From positions 1-34,775 of the IMG/VR virus record IMGVR_UViG_3300046782_000288: DNA of 34,775 bases. One strand, written 5' to 3'. Made by a program: the position numbers and the translations under genes. Shown in pieces: positions 34,616 through 34,775 of the stretch; position 1 is the first letter of the stretch; every line of letters starts with the position of its first letter. The notes beneath the pieces are model-generated. The model was not told the origin of the DNA and searched no databases. It worked only from the letters and a program-made list of their open reading frames with translations. The stretch is from a virus. Taxonomy: Duplodnaviria; Caudoviricetes.

Positions 34616-34775
34616 CTATTGCAGCCTAGGTATGTGCAAAGCACCACCACCAGTAAACTGCAACAACAAACCGATCAACACGATCACACCGATCGCCACC
34701 ATCACGATCATCGCAATTTTCCGCAACGGCTCCGGCAAGGCGACTTGCTGCAACAGCCACCACAGGAAGATGCAG
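34616..34775 (-). CDS. Small membrane protein, 5' end outside the window
   Basis: ...IFLWWLLQQVALPEPLRKIAMIVMVAIGVIVLIGLLLQFTGG..., a helix-PEP-helix hydrophobic pattern. Confidence 0.7.
   Translation of the reverse strand, partial: CIFLWWLLQQVALPEPLRKIAMIVMVAIGVIVLIGLLLQFTGGGALHIPRLQ

Larger units (their letters stand above)
1..34775. mobile_element. Partial genome of a temperate podovirus-like tailed phage (integration module plus virion morphogenesis operon)
   Basis: Capsid, scaffold, adaptor, nozzle, fibre and ejection-type genes lie in one tightly coupled - strand operon converging on an integrase module. No tape measure, tail tube, sheath or host housekeeping genes were recognised. 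Confidence 0.92.

Noticed and set aside
1-34775. tRNA genes, terminase, portal and lysis genes
   Set aside because: None were recognised; they are presumably outside the window.

Overview
A 34.8-kb piece of a GC-rich, probably temperate podovirus-like tailed phage. The host is probably an alphaproteobacterium, which is inferred and not shown. The left 4.3 kb (+ strand) holds a secreted TPLPA/VPLPA-CTERM-type protein, several small ORFs, an excisionase-like gene, a probably leaderless HTH gene and a tyrosine integrase. It ends at a perfect chromosomal-type parS palindrome. The remaining 30 kb (- strand) is a virion operon: a collagen-like fibre, scaffold, major capsid protein, two adaptor-like proteins, three more collagen-like fibres, a tail fibre with a tandemly duplicated SPRY-carrying module, a nozzle and three internal/ejection proteins. 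It ends in an unexplained ~150-nt RNA with two long crossing helices and a small basic ORF. The capsid gene is split by two group I introns whose splice sites can be read from the sequence. Intron 1 encodes a double-motif LAGLIDADG endonuclease whose reading frame runs through the ribozyme core. Intron 2 has no ORF and sits beside a free-standing GIY-YIG endonuclease. Two further HNH-type endonucleases are inserted antisense in the operon. All calls come from reading motifs and base-pairing by eye; no searches or folding programs were run.
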